A stretch of 64,000 nucleotides of DNA from Candidatus Hydrogenedentota bacterium (GTDB lineage Bacteria; Hydrogenedentota; Hydrogenedentia; Hydrogenedentales; SLHB01), in NCBI GenBank assembly GCA_035450225.1, contig DAOTMJ010000007.1, positions 65,698 through 129,697 of the forward strand. Direction: 5' to 3'. The notes beneath the pieces were generated by a model. It saw nothing but the letters and a program-made list of their open reading frames with translations. It had not been told where the DNA came from and ran no database searches. Of the stretch, positions 22,989 through 33,800 are shown piece after piece. Position 1 is the first letter of the stretch. Every line of letters starts with the position of its first letter. A program made the position numbers and the translations under genes.

Positions 22989-25262
22989 ATGAACGTCGCG
23001 CAAGTCCTTGACCGTCTGAAACGGGATCCGGATTTCGTCAACAACCTGACCGAATGGCGCACGGAACCGGCGCGCCCGGCGCGGTACGCCGGATTCCCGG
23101 AAGCCCTGAACCCGAAACTGATCGAAGCGCTTCAGCGGCGCGGCATCCATGACCTGTACACGCATCAGCGGGAGGCCATCGAAGCGACGCTGGGGGGCGA
23201 AGATGTCTGCATTGTCACGCCGACGGCATCCGGAAAGACCCTTTGCTACAACGTGCCGGTCCTGAACCGCTTGCTGGAAAATCCCGAGGCGCGCGCGCTG
23301 TATCTGTTTCCGACCAAGGCGCTGTCGCAGGACCAGGTTCACGAACTGAAGCACACCATCGGGGATCTCGAGGTCCAAATCGGCGCGTACACGTTCGACG
23401 GCGACACGCCGGCGTCGGCCCGCAAGGCCATTCGCAGCGCGGGGCATATCGTCGTGACGAATCCCGACATGCTCCACACGGGGATTCTTCCCCACCATAC
23501 CATCTGGATCAAACTTTTCGAGAACCTCGAATTCATCGTCATTGACGAAATACACCATTACCGCGGCGTGTTCGGCAGCCATCTCGCGAACGTGCTGCGC
23601 CGGCTCAAGCGCATCTGCGCGTTCTACCGGTCGAATCCGCGGTTCATCTGCTGCAGCGCGACCATCAACAACCCAAAGGAGATTGCCGAGCGTATCGTGG
23701 AACGGCCCATCCATCTTGTGGACGACAACGGCGCGCCCTGCGGCGAGCGCCATTTCCTGTTTTTCAATCCGCCGGTCGTCAACGCGGAACTGGGCATTCG
23801 CAGGTCGTCCGTCAAGGAGGCCACCCGCATCGCCGCGCAATTGCTCATGAAAGACATCCAGTCCATCGTGTTCGCGCGCAGCCGGCTGAACGTCGAGGTC
23901 CTCACCACCTATCTCAAGGAAGCCGTCCAGCGCCTCGGCAAAAGCGCCGATCTGGTCAGCGGCTACCGCGGCGGCTATTTGCCGACGGAGCGTCGGGCTA
24001 TCGAAAAGGGTTTGCGCGAGGGCAAGATTATGACGGTCGTGAGCACGAATGCGCTCGAACTCGGTATTGACATCGGATCGCTCGACGTCTGCATCATGAC
24101 GGGGTATCCCGGCAACGTCGCGAGCACGTGGCAGCAGGCCGGACGCGCGGGGCGCCGCTCGACGGTCTCGCTGGTGGTCATGGTGGCGTCGAGCGCGCCG
24201 CTCGACCAGTACATCGTGAGCCATCCCGATTATTTTTTCGGCCAGCCCCCGGAAAGCGCGACGGTGGATCCGAACAACCTCATCATCGTGACGAGCCACA
24301 TCAAGTGCGCGGCCTTCGAGTTGCCCTTCGTGGACGGGGAATCCTTCGGCCTCGATCCGGCGTCAACGACCGGAATTCTCGAATATCTCGCCGAAAACCG
24401 CATCCTGCGCCACGTCAGGGACAAGTGGCACTGGTGCGCCGACACCTATCCCGCCGAGGATATCAGCCTGCGCACCGCCGCGCCCGGCAATGTCGTGATC
24501 CTCGACCAGTCCGACAATGGCCGGGTCATCGGTGAAATAGACCTGTTCAACGCGCCCGTGGAGGTTTATGAAAACGCGGTGTACCTTCACCAGACCGCCC
24601 AATACACGATCGAACGGCTCGATCTCGACGATCGCAAGGCTTATGCGCGGCCCATCGAAGTGGACTACTACACCGACGCGCAGATCAAGGTGGACCTCAA
24701 GGTGCTCGACACGTTCAAACACGAGCGACTGTCGAGGGCGGACAAGGTTTCGGGCGAACTGAGCGTGACATGGTTGCCGACCATGTACAAAAAAATCCGC
24801 TTCGGCACGCATGAAAATGTCGGCTGGGGCGAAATCCATCTTCCCGAAACGACAATGCACACGACCGGCTATTGGATTGAATTTCCCGAAAATGCCGGGG
24901 AAGAGGCCGGGCTTGGAGAAAAGGCGCTCGGCGAATCGTTGCACGCTTTGGCCAACACGTTGCGGCAGGTCGCGCCGGTGCAGGTGCTGTGCGACCTAAC
25001 CGATATCCGCGCCCATGCGATGGTCCGCGCGCCCTTTTCCGGACGCCCGGCTGTTTACCTCTACGAGGGATATCCCGGCGGCGTCGGCATCAGCGACAAA
25101 TTATTCACCCATCACGACCGCCTGCTCGATGCGGCGATATCCCTGCTCGCGGAATGCTCCTGCAAGGAAGGCTGTCCGAGTTGCGTGGGCACGGCGCTCG
25201 AAGTGGGCCGCCACGGCAAACGCGGGGCGCTCAAACTGGCGCATCTGGCCCGGGGCGAATGA
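22989..25262 (+). CDS. DEAD/DEAH-box (DExH) helicase with C-terminal DUF1998 zinc-ribbon domain (MrfA/YprA-like)
   Basis: Walker A TPTASGKT, DEIH box (VIDEIHHY), helicase C motifs (QQAGRAGRR), C-terminal 4-Cys cluster CSCKEGCPSCVG characteristic of DUF1998. Confidence 0.8.
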   Translation: MNVAQVLDRLKRDPDFVNNLTEWRTEPARPARYAGFPEALNPKLIEALQRRGIHDLYTHQREAIEATLGGEDVCIVTPTASGKTLCYNVPVLNRLLENPEARALYLFPTKALSQDQVHELKHTIGDLEVQIGAYTFDGDTPASARKAIRSAGHIVVTNPDMLHTGILPHHTIWIKLFENLEFIVIDEIHHYRGVFGSHLANVLRRLKRICAFYRSNPRFICCSATINNPKEIAERIVERPIHLVDDNGAPCGERHFLFFNPPVVNAELGIRRSSVKEATRIAAQLLMKDIQSIVFARSRLNVEVLTTYLKEAVQRLGKSADLVSGYRGGYLPTERRAIEKGLREGKIMTVVSTNALELGIDIGSLDVCIMTGYPGNVASTWQQAGRAGRRSTVSLVVMVASSAPLDQYIVSHPDYFFGQPPESATVDPNNLIIVTSHIKCAAFELPFVDGESFGLDPASTTGILEYLAENRILRHVRDKWHWCADTYPAEDISLRTAAPGNVVILDQSDNGRVIGEIDLFNAPVEVYENAVYLHQTAQYTIERLDLDDRKAYARPIEVDYYTDAQIKVDLKVLDTFKHERLSRADKVSGELSVTWLPTMYKKIRFGTHENVGWGEIHLPETTMHTTGYWIEFPENAGEEAGLGEKALGESLHALANTLRQVAPVQVLCDLTDIRAHAMVRAPFSGRPAVYLYEGYPGGVGISDKLFTHHDRLLDAAISLLAECSCKEGCPSCVGTALEVGRHGKRGALKLAHLARGE

Positions 25263-25302
25263 AACACCGGTCTCGTCTGAAAGCAGCGCCCAATCCGCTG
25301 TA

Positions 25303-27114
25303 TTACCAACGCCCTTTGTCCAGAAAACGTTCGCGGCATTCCGCCAGAATGCGTCTCGTTTCCTCGCCGGCGCACGGCGGCGCGATGGTATAACCGAACC
25401 GCACATTCCGTCCCCGGGCATACAGGACAAGACAATCCGCGGGATGGGCCTCGCCGAACCGTGGACAATGCCATCCCTGCAGCGGGTTTTCCACGCCATG
25501 CACGTGTTCGACGGATGAGACGCCGAAAGGCCGGATCAGGGTTTCGCCGGAACCGGCCGCGGCCACGTATCCGTCGCCGCGCGGTTCAAGCCACACGTCG
25601 GGATGAAAATGGATAAAACTCTCCGCCTCGCAGGGCCGGGGACCGTCCACGCGGTCGCCTATCAGCCACGCGCCGCCGAAAATGAAATGGATTTCGCGCG
25701 TGTGCCGGAACGGCGCAAAGCCGTCGTGCGACGCAACCAGTCGCCATCCATAAGCGGCCGCGCTCCATTCCCGCGAAAGAAGGCGGTAACGCCGCCCGAT
25801 GCGAAACACATCCCAGCATTCCATGGGTTCGCGCCGATCGACGGCAACCGTGTTATGCGCGCGAACGCTCCGGCAGTAGGCGCGCATGGGATTCGCCTCG
25901 TATACCGGGTTTCCGGAGTCCACGACAATCCGCCGGCCCGCAACGCTCAATTCGTAACTGAACGGGTCGGCATGCGCGTGGCCGGGCTGGTAGGACGGTT
26001 CCACCGGCGCGGCCTTGGCAATCATCCATGCCGCGCCGTGCGCCGTGCGCATTACGTAGAAACCCGACGGTTCGAGCGCGTCGGCGCCGTCGGCGATCGG
26101 CGGCGCGCCGTGCCCGCATATCGCGGATGCCGTCGAATGGAGCGCAAGGGGGGGCATGCACGTGCCGAGCGCCGCGTCGCCGAACAGCGGGATTTCGCCG
26201 TCGGGGTGTGTCACGCGGGGAAGGAAATCCGCCATGCGCGAAATCGCATCGCGCAGAAACGGCGGTTTCATTTGGATCGCGGCATGGGCGATCAGGTTGC
26301 CTTCAAGGACGTGCGCATGATACATCGCGCTGCGTTCGTAGTGCCCGCCGTCGTCCAGTATCTGTTCCGCGAGCGTGCGGGCAAGCAGGCGGAGACCCTT
26401 ATCAATCCAGCGTTGTCCTTCCGGCGACGCGGCCATCAGCGCGCCGGCCACAATCAGGCCCTGCGCGTCGCGCACAAGGTGGTTCGCCTCGACGTCGTAT
26501 TCGATGCTTCGGCTCAGCCAGCGCGCCTGCGCCGCCCAACTGTCCAGGACCGCAGGGTCCGGCGGCCCGAACGCGGCGAAGGCCAGCGCCCAATTCATGA
26601 GCCGCGTGGCGATCGGATAGGCGTCCCACGCATCGCGCGCGCCGGGGGGATGCCGGGCGATCCAATCGTGTATCCAAGTCATGACGCGCCGGGCGTCGTC
26701 GGCTTCGTTTCGTCCGCACGCGCCGACCTGCGCAAGCGGGCGCACGTACTCGAACCAGTGAACCGCGCTTCGTCCCGGTCGAGGGGACTGCGCCAGCCGA
26801 TCCCAATCCCACGCGCCGGTTGCCTCGGCGTTCAGGGCCTTGAGATGGCCCGCGCGCAACGCCGCCAGGATCGTCTCGCCCGCAGGCGCTTTTTCTTCCG
26901 CCGTGCGCAGAAAATCCCGCAGCCGATCCAGGGCGCCCGCGTCGAACGATGCGACCGGCGAGGTTTGCGCCACGCGCGGACGGATGCCTGCCCGGCGTCG
27001 CGCAAGATACCACGCCCGCCATGCCGCCTGTTTCGGCTTGAGCCATCGCACCGTGCGCAAGAATCTGCCGGGGTTGTGCATCGCCTGTCTTTCCGTCATG
27101 GGCCTTTTACGCAT
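25303..27114 (-). CDS. heparinase II/III-like family protein (polysaccharide lyase/epimerase fold)
   Basis: 603 aa; N-terminal alpha/alpha toroid motifs (NWALAFAAFG, DGGHYERSAMYH) and C-terminal Hepar_II_III motif GHAHADPFSYELSVAGRRIVVDSG. Confidence 0.75.
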   Translation of the reverse strand: MRKRPMTERQAMHNPGRFLRTVRWLKPKQAAWRAWYLARRRAGIRPRVAQTSPVASFDAGALDRLRDFLRTAEEKAPAGETILAALRAGHLKALNAEATGAWDWDRLAQSPRPGRSAVHWFEYVRPLAQVGACGRNEADDARRVMTWIHDWIARHPPGARDAWDAYPIATRLMNWALAFAAFGPPDPAVLDSWAAQARWLSRSIEYDVEANHLVRDAQGLIVAGALMAASPEGQRWIDKGLRLLARTLAEQILDDGGHYERSAMYHAHVLEGNLIAHAAIQMKPPFLRDAISRMADFLPRVTHPDGEIPLFGDAALGTCMPPLALHSTASAICGHGAPPIADGADALEPSGFYVMRTAHGAAWMIAKAAPVEPSYQPGHAHADPFSYELSVAGRRIVVDSGNPVYEANPMRAYCRSVRAHNTVAVDRREPMECWDVFRIGRRYRLLSREWSAAAYGWRLVASHDGFAPFRHTREIHFIFGGAWLIGDRVDGPRPCEAESFIHFHPDVWLEPRGDGYVAAAGSGETLIRPFGVSSVEHVHGVENPLQGWHCPRFGEAHPADCLVLYARGRNVRFGYTIAPPCAGEETRRILAECRERFLDKGRW

Positions 27115-27199
27115 TGTAGAGCATTGCGCCGTACCGATTGCACCTTGCCCGCCGCGAGACGGTGGATGAAATGGACGTTATTGGGCATGAAACACGCGA

Positions 27200-28495
27200 T
27201 TACAGACGCTGCATCGTGTAGAGATGCGCGCGCACGCCGGGGCCGGCCTTTCGAATCGCATGCAGATCGCCCAGCGCTTTGGCGCTGCCGCACCGGCCAT
27301 GCAACGGGGACAGGTACAACTGCCCCTCGAAGCCGGTTTCGCCGATCGCCTCGACAATCCCGCGGCAGTCGTATCCATCGGCGGCGATAAAATTTCCCGA
27401 AACGCGCACTTTGCCCCGTTTCCGGTTGATGGTTCCGGCTTTTTCCATGCCCCGCAGCACGTCCGCCGCCGTTTGCCGTTTGCCGAGGCGGGCCAGGGCG
27501 TCGTCCGTTGCGGCTTCCCAGCCCACGTTGACGCCTATGCATTCGAAGGGCAGCGATTCGAGCCTGTCGAAAAAGCCGTCCGGCTGTTCCAGAAAATTCC
27601 GGTTCGTTGCGAACATGAACAGGTTGGATCCGGCATGATACGACGCATCGCAACGAAAAACGTCGAACGCCCGGCGCGCGGCGTATTCAATCCACGGTGA
27701 CGCCATCGCGTCGCATTCGCCGAATACGACCGTGTTGTAATTGTACAAGTCGTCGCCATACAGATGCGCAAGGGCGCCGATCTGCCTGTCAATATCTTCC
27801 CGGCTCCGGACGGCGAACTCCGAATCGCCCCGCACCGAACAGAACTCGCACGTATTCGAACAGCCGTCCATCAGTTTGACAAGTAAAACCTGATAATCAA
27901 CGCCAATCGTTTCCGGCGGCAGAACGTCCATGCGCCCGTGTATTTCGTGGAGCCGGTCCGCGACCGCCTGCAATTGTTCCCGGTCGTGAATGGCGGCTTT
28001 TTCGAGGAAAGCCCACAACCGGCGCGTGCCGGTCTCGCCCGGTTCGCATCCCGGTTCGGGAAGCGCTTCGGGCCGGTTTTCCAGGATGCGCCGGATCGAA
28101 ACAATCAGCCCGTCGAACGCATCGAGCGCGGCGCGAACATGCGATCCCCGCACGCCCTCGTGGTGTTGCAGCATGGGCGGATCACAGCGGCCGTTGATGG
28201 CCCACACGACATCCCCGACAATTTCCGCCGGTTGCGGGAGCCGTCCCGGCGCCCATGCGCGATCATAGTAGATCCAGTCGTTGGCCATCGTGCGCTGAAT
28301 CCAGTCCCAACTGTGCGGCGAGGCGAACCCGTCAATCCGATGGATTCTTCCCTCCAAATCGAAATGGAACGTATAGGCGCCCGACACGATCTGAACGGGC
28401 AAGCCAACCCAGTCCGGCAAGCCGGCCCGGTTGAAATACCGGTCGCCGCCATGATCCAATCGCACCACGATATCTTCGACGCGGAATTCCGCCAT
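27200..28495 (-). CDS. radical SAM domain protein with unrecognised ~200-aa N-terminal domain
   Basis: CX3CX2C motif (DGCSNTCEFCS) near residue 210 followed by a partial-TIM-barrel-length segment; no SPASM/twitch Cys cluster; 85 bp upstream of, and co-oriented with, the heparinase-like gene. Confidence 0.6.
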   Translation of the reverse strand: MAEFRVEDIVVRLDHGGDRYFNRAGLPDWVGLPVQIVSGAYTFHFDLEGRIHRIDGFASPHSWDWIQRTMANDWIYYDRAWAPGRLPQPAEIVGDVVWAINGRCDPPMLQHHEGVRGSHVRAALDAFDGLIVSIRRILENRPEALPEPGCEPGETGTRRLWAFLEKAAIHDREQLQAVADRLHEIHGRMDVLPPETIGVDYQVLLVKLMDGCSNTCEFCSVRGDSEFAVRSREDIDRQIGALAHLYGDDLYNYNTVVFGECDAMASPWIEYAARRAFDVFRCDASYHAGSNLFMFATNRNFLEQPDGFFDRLESLPFECIGVNVGWEAATDDALARLGKRQTAADVLRGMEKAGTINRKRGKVRVSGNFIAADGYDCRGIVEAIGETGFEGQLYLSPLHGRCGSAKALGDLHAIRKAGPGVRAHLYTMQRL

Positions 28496-28644
28496 GATGT
28501 CCTCATGCGTCCCGGCCGCCAGGGTTCAGTCAAGGGCCGTTGCGCCTATTCTCATGGAAAAGCGGAAACCGTGCAAGAATTCGTGGCGTCGGCGGTTTCC
28601 ATCTTGATATTATGGGCATGGAATCGGTACGGAGGGATGAGAAC

Positions 28645-29532
28645 ATGAAGCGTCTTTTTTTCTTGGCAACGGCGGCCTTGTTGCCGCTGCCGTTGTATGC
28701 GCTGCCCGTCGCCGCAACCACGGCGGCCGGCCGGATAGACATCCATGTGGACGGCCGGTTGTTCACGGCATACAAGTTCGACGGGGCGCAAAAATACCCT
28801 TATTTCTGGCCCGTGAACGGACCCGCGTCGAACAGGCCGGTAACGACGGAGACCTCCGAACCCTATCCGCACCATCATTCGCTGTTTTTCGGCTGCGACC
28901 GCGTCAACGGCGGCAATTACTGGCAGGAAGGCAATGATCGCGGGCAGATTGTGTCGCAGGGGCCGAAGGTCGTCGAAGCCCATGGCGAACAAGTTGTGTT
29001 CACCGACGAGTGCCTGTGGAGCCGGCCCGGCCAAGAGCCGATTATGCGCGACACGCGCCGGGTGACGGTGGCCGTACCGGATGAAACGCACCGGATCATT
29101 GATTTTGCCATCGTGCTCGAACCGCTGGTGGATGTCCGGATCGAGAAAACAAACCACTCCCTGTTTTCGGCGCGGATGGCGCCGGAACTCAGTGTGGCCT
29201 CCGGCGGCACGCTGGTCAATGCGGAAGGCGCGTCCGGGGAGAAGGGCACTTTTGGCGTGAAATCGCCCTGGTGCGATTATTCGGGCATGCGCGATGGCGT
29301 GACGGAAGGCCTCGCCATCTTCCAGCATCCGGGCAACCGCTGGTATCCGGCCCCGTGGTTCACGCGGGATTACGGGTTCTTTTCGCCGACTCCCATGTTC
29401 TGGATCGAAAACGACGTCCTCGAACTTCCGAAAGGCGAAAAACTCGAATTGCGATATCGCGTGGTCGTTCATTCCGGCAACGCCGAGGCCGCCGGAATCG
29501 CGGACCTGTTCAAGCGCTACGCCCGTCCGTGA
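28645..29532 (+). CDS. PmoA-like / DUF6807 family secreted protein
   Basis: ATG 28645 after GGAGGG; signal peptide MKRLFFLATAALLPLPLYA; conserved PYFWPVNGP ... PHHHSLFFGCDRVNGGNYW pattern seen in PVC 'PmoA family' proteins. Confidence 0.55.
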   Translation: MKRLFFLATAALLPLPLYALPVAATTAAGRIDIHVDGRLFTAYKFDGAQKYPYFWPVNGPASNRPVTTETSEPYPHHHSLFFGCDRVNGGNYWQEGNDRGQIVSQGPKVVEAHGEQVVFTDECLWSRPGQEPIMRDTRRVTVAVPDETHRIIDFAIVLEPLVDVRIEKTNHSLFSARMAPELSVASGGTLVNAEGASGEKGTFGVKSPWCDYSGMRDGVTEGLAIFQHPGNRWYPAPWFTRDYGFFSPTPMFWIENDVLELPKGEKLELRYRVVVHSGNAEAAGIADLFKRYARP

Positions 29533-30843
29533 CTACACTTCCCAGCCGGGGCGGCGCGCATAGGATAGCATGCGGTTGGCCTGTTCGTCCTTGGGGAAAC
29601 GTTCCGCCACGGGGTCCCAAATCATCGTGCGTTTGAGCTGGGTGGCGATGCCGGCAAGCAGCACAAGACTCATCGAGCGATGCGCCGTTTCGGCGTCGCA
29701 GGTGGTCCGTTTGCGGGTCCGGATGCATTCGAGGAAATTGCCCGCATGGCTTTTGCTGGGATAGGCACGGCGGTCGGACGGCTTGAGCGCCGCGCCGAGG
29801 ATGGAAGCGGGTTTCGATGTGATGTTCTCGCGATCCACGGCGATGTAGCCTTCCGTGCCGACGTAACAGGCGCCGCCGACGCCGCCGACGCCTTCGGACG
29901 GATGACGGCACGCATGCACCACGACGCCGTTGCCGTAGCGCAGGACAGCGTGATCGTTTTCGTACGCGATTTCGACGGGCCCGGGGCAGTCTTCCTCAAG
30001 CACCCATTGAACCACGTCGTAATGGTGCGGTCCCCAATTGGGGTCGCCGTACGCAAAGAGGCCGCAGTGGGCGTTGCCGCCCGTGTAAGGCTGCCAGGGT
30101 CCCGGCCCGACGTAAATGTCCCAGTCGAGATCTTCAGGCACAGGGATGCCCGGATCGTACACGTTTTGCAGGTTCGCGCTGAAACCGCCGCCCGGGCTGT
30201 ACGCATAGATTTCTTTCAATTGTCCGATGTAACCGTTCCGGACGAGTTCGTAGGCGCGCCTGAATTTGCCGTCGTATTCGGATCGCTGCTGCGTGCCGGC
30301 CTGGTACACACGGGCGTAACGTTTCATCGTTTTCGCGAGGAGGCGTCCTTCCTCGATGGTCATGGCGACGGGTTTTTCACTGTACACGTCCTTGCCGTGT
30401 TTGGCCGTCATGATGGCCATCGGCGCATGCCAGTGAAACGGCAGCGCCATCAGCACGGCGTCCAGGTCGTCGCGGGCGAGGAGGTCGCGGAAATCGCGGT
30501 ACGCTTCGCACGACGTATGCGAGCCGCTCCCCGCCAGTTGGGCGTAATGCTGGTTCACGCGATCCTTGGCGCTTTCCCGCTTGGGTTTCCACACGTCGCA
30601 TACGCCGATCACCTGAACGTCCGGGCGGCCAAGATAGCCGCCGGCCACATAGGTCCACGATCCGCCGAACAGGTGGCCGGACCCCTGGCCGCCAAGACCG
30701 ATGAATCCCATTGCGATGCGATCGCCGGGCGCCACGGAACCGCCCCGGCCCAACACCCGCGCCGGAACGATCATGGGGCCTGTGGTTGCCGCCAGCGCGC
30801 CCGCCAGGAAACCGCGCCGCGAAAGCACCTTGCTTTTCATCAT
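29533..30843 (-). CDS. Gfo/Idh/MocA family oxidoreductase with twin-arginine (Tat) signal peptide
   Basis: N-terminal SRRGFLAGALAAT Tat motif; Rossmann GFIGLGGQG; EKP motif; start ATG overlaps the stop of the upstream gene (ATGA). Confidence 0.85.
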   Translation of the reverse strand: MMKSKVLSRRGFLAGALAATTGPMIVPARVLGRGGSVAPGDRIAMGFIGLGGQGSGHLFGGSWTYVAGGYLGRPDVQVIGVCDVWKPKRESAKDRVNQHYAQLAGSGSHTSCEAYRDFRDLLARDDLDAVLMALPFHWHAPMAIMTAKHGKDVYSEKPVAMTIEEGRLLAKTMKRYARVYQAGTQQRSEYDGKFRRAYELVRNGYIGQLKEIYAYSPGGGFSANLQNVYDPGIPVPEDLDWDIYVGPGPWQPYTGGNAHCGLFAYGDPNWGPHHYDVVQWVLEEDCPGPVEIAYENDHAVLRYGNGVVVHACRHPSEGVGGVGGACYVGTEGYIAVDRENITSKPASILGAALKPSDRRAYPSKSHAGNFLECIRTRKRTTCDAETAHRSMSLVLLAGIATQLKRTMIWDPVAERFPKDEQANRMLSYARRPGWEV

Positions 30844-33800
30844 TTGCCTCTCCTCTGCAGGAAGACGTGAACGCCTTTTTTATTCGAGGTCACCACATCC
30901 AGTAGGCCGTCGCCGTCGAAATCGCACACTTCAAACTGGGTGCCCACGCCGGAATCGTTGTCAATTTCGTGCAGACGGTACTCGAATTTCCCCGGTTCCG
31001 TCCGTTTCAGTTCCAGCCAGCACAGGACGGCCGGTTCGTGGCAACCGGGATCGTGGCCGCAATGGGCGTAATACCGTTTGCCGGTAACCAAGTCCTGCAA
31101 CCCGTCGTTGTTGATGTCGGCTAGAATCAGGGCGTGCGTTTGCGAAATGCCTTTGTGAATTTCGTGCTGCTCGAACGTGGCCGCGCTGTTTTCGTTGCGC
31201 TGTTCGAACCACCATATACCGTATTCATGGGCGGAACTCGTGATCACATCGTTGTCGCCGTCGCCGTCCACATCGTAAACGACCATGTTGGCGCACGCCG
31301 GACCCAATCGGGCCGGATGAAATCCCCAATCGGGCCGGGTCCGATCCGGCGGCCCTTCCCACCAGCCTTCGGTCGAGAGGATGTCCATGCGCCCGTCGCC
31401 GTTGAGATCGCCCATGCCGAGGCCGTGGCCGAATTGGGCGAACGATCCCATCTGATGCGACATCGGAAACGCCAGCCAGGGCGCCCGTTTGTCCTGTCCG
31501 GTGCGGAACCATGTGACCCGGTTGTTCATCGCGAACACGGGGACGGGTTTTCCGTCGTCGAGAAGATCGCCGAAGATGGGCGTTTCGCCGCACGCCGACG
31601 TGGCCAGCAGATATTCCGGCCAATGCCCCGCGCCTTCGCCCGGATTGCGGTACCAGTAGGCGGGACCGCCCGGCATGCCGATAACGATTGAATCGGTCCA
31701 GCCGTCTTCGTCCACATCCGCCGCAAAGTTGGCGAAGCACCGGCTGTAACCGGTGTTCGGATCGTATGTTTGCGGCGGCCGGATCTCGCGAGGCGTCCAG
31801 TCCGGCGACTTGTACCACAGGTCGCCGGCCAGAATGTCGTTGAATCCGTCTCGATCAATATCCGCCACAGCCACGCCCTCGGAACGGAACAGGGGATCCA
31901 CGACGATATGCTTGAAACGCACCTTGTCCCCCGGAACGGCGACGGCCGTCAACGCCCGCATAACATCCATCAACGGCGTCAGCGCGGCCGGGGAAACACC
32001 GGCTTTCCGCGCGCGGACCAGCACGCCGGACGCGGATCCGCGGACCTCGTCGGCATGGGATGTCAGCAACGACTTGGCGATTTGGCCCCACGCCGAAACC
32101 GCTTCCGCGACGACATCGTCCTGGGGCAGGTAGCGCTCGACGGTTTTCAGCGCCGTAAGGGTGGGACATCCTCCCAACGCGCCGAGGAAAAGCCGTTTTT
32201 CCTCCGGCCGTTCAGCAACCGCCAGCGCGCGAGTCAAGGCGTCTTCGCGTATCGGTTGCTCAATGTCCTTGCCGCTGGATCCCAGCCGGGCGATGCCGCG
32301 GAAGATCAAAACGCGGTGGGTCAGGTCGGTTGTCTTGTCCAAAAGCCCCAGGAGAACCGGCATCGCTTCAGGATTTTCCGTTTCGGACAAGGCGCGGATG
32401 GCGGCGTCTTTTGGCGCGGCATCCCCGCCGGTCGCGGCGTTTTCGAGCGCTTTCAAGAGCGATCCATGGGGCACTTTCCCGCAAACATCCAATAGCGCGC
32501 AACGAAACGCCGGATTTTCTTTTTTCAAGCCATTCAGCAGGGCGTCGGCAAACTCGGCCGGCACGCCAAGACGTATCCCCAGCGCCGTCAAGGTGCGTTT
32601 TATGGCCGCCCGTTCCCGGTCATTTTCGGCTCGCTCCATGGCTTGGCAGATTAGTTCCGCATCTTGGGCCGCACCGGTTTCGGCCAGCGCTTGGGCGGCT
32701 GCGGTGCGCACGGCGGCCTCCGGGCTTTGGACGAGCCTCCGCAGGGCCGGCGCCACGGCTTCATCCCGCCGCTGCCCCATGGCCTTTGCCAACACGCTGG
32801 TTTCGGCCGCGCCGGCGCCTTCTATTGCCGCAAGAAGCGCCGCCGACACGTCCGGCGCGTTGAGTTGCGCTAAGGCTTGCTGGGCGGCGCTTCGATTCGG
32901 CTCGCCGGCATGCGCCGCCGCCTTGACCAGCGCGGGAACCGCTGAACCGTCGCCGACGATTGCCAGCGCTTGGATGGCCGCCGCCGCAATCGCCGGATCG
33001 GCATGGGCGGCCATGGGCGCCAGCGCCGGCGCGGCGGCCTTGTCGCCACGTTGCGCCAAGGCTTCGATCAGTCCGGGCAGAACCGCTTCCGGCACACGAT
33101 CCAGCAGGGCGGCGAAGGCTTGGGTGTCTTTTGGGTTTCCATGTTCGCGGACCGCGGGCAAGGCGGCGTCCCACAACGCCGGCACATTGCCCAACAGCGC
33201 CTTTTCAACGAGTTTATCCGCCTCGCGCGGGCTGGTGCGTATCAGGCCGAGATACGCCGCTGTGCCGGCATATCCGTGGCCGCATTGTTTGAAGACCTCT
33301 TTGTAGATGGCGCGCGCGGATCGGGGATGCTTGTCGCCCAGGCGCTCCGCGCAGCTCATCAGGGCGTCCAAGGCGGCCATTTTGAAGCGTCCTTCACCGT
33401 TCCGTGCGGCCTTTTTCAGCGCCGACACGGCCTTGTGACCGCCGATGCGTCCCAGCGCCAGCGCCGCGGACATCGCAATGACGGGATCGTCGTCCTTCAG
33501 GGAACGCGCCAGCGCCGGAACGTCCCCCGCGTTGCGAAACGTGCCGAGCGATTCGATTATCCCCGCCTTGACGACGCCCGAAGATACGCCCAGCGCCTTG
33601 CGGAGGGCATCCCGGGCTTCCGGATAGGGCATGGCGGCAAGGGCCAGCCGCGCCGGATGGGACAATTTTTCGTCCGTCAGGCAGGCGGCCAGCAGCGGAA
33701 CGCTTTTAGCCGTGCCCACGCGTTTCAGCTCTTCGCAGGCCTTTTCCTTGCCCGCGATGGCGCCGGGCTGGGCAAGGACGGCAAGGAAAAACTGTTCCTC

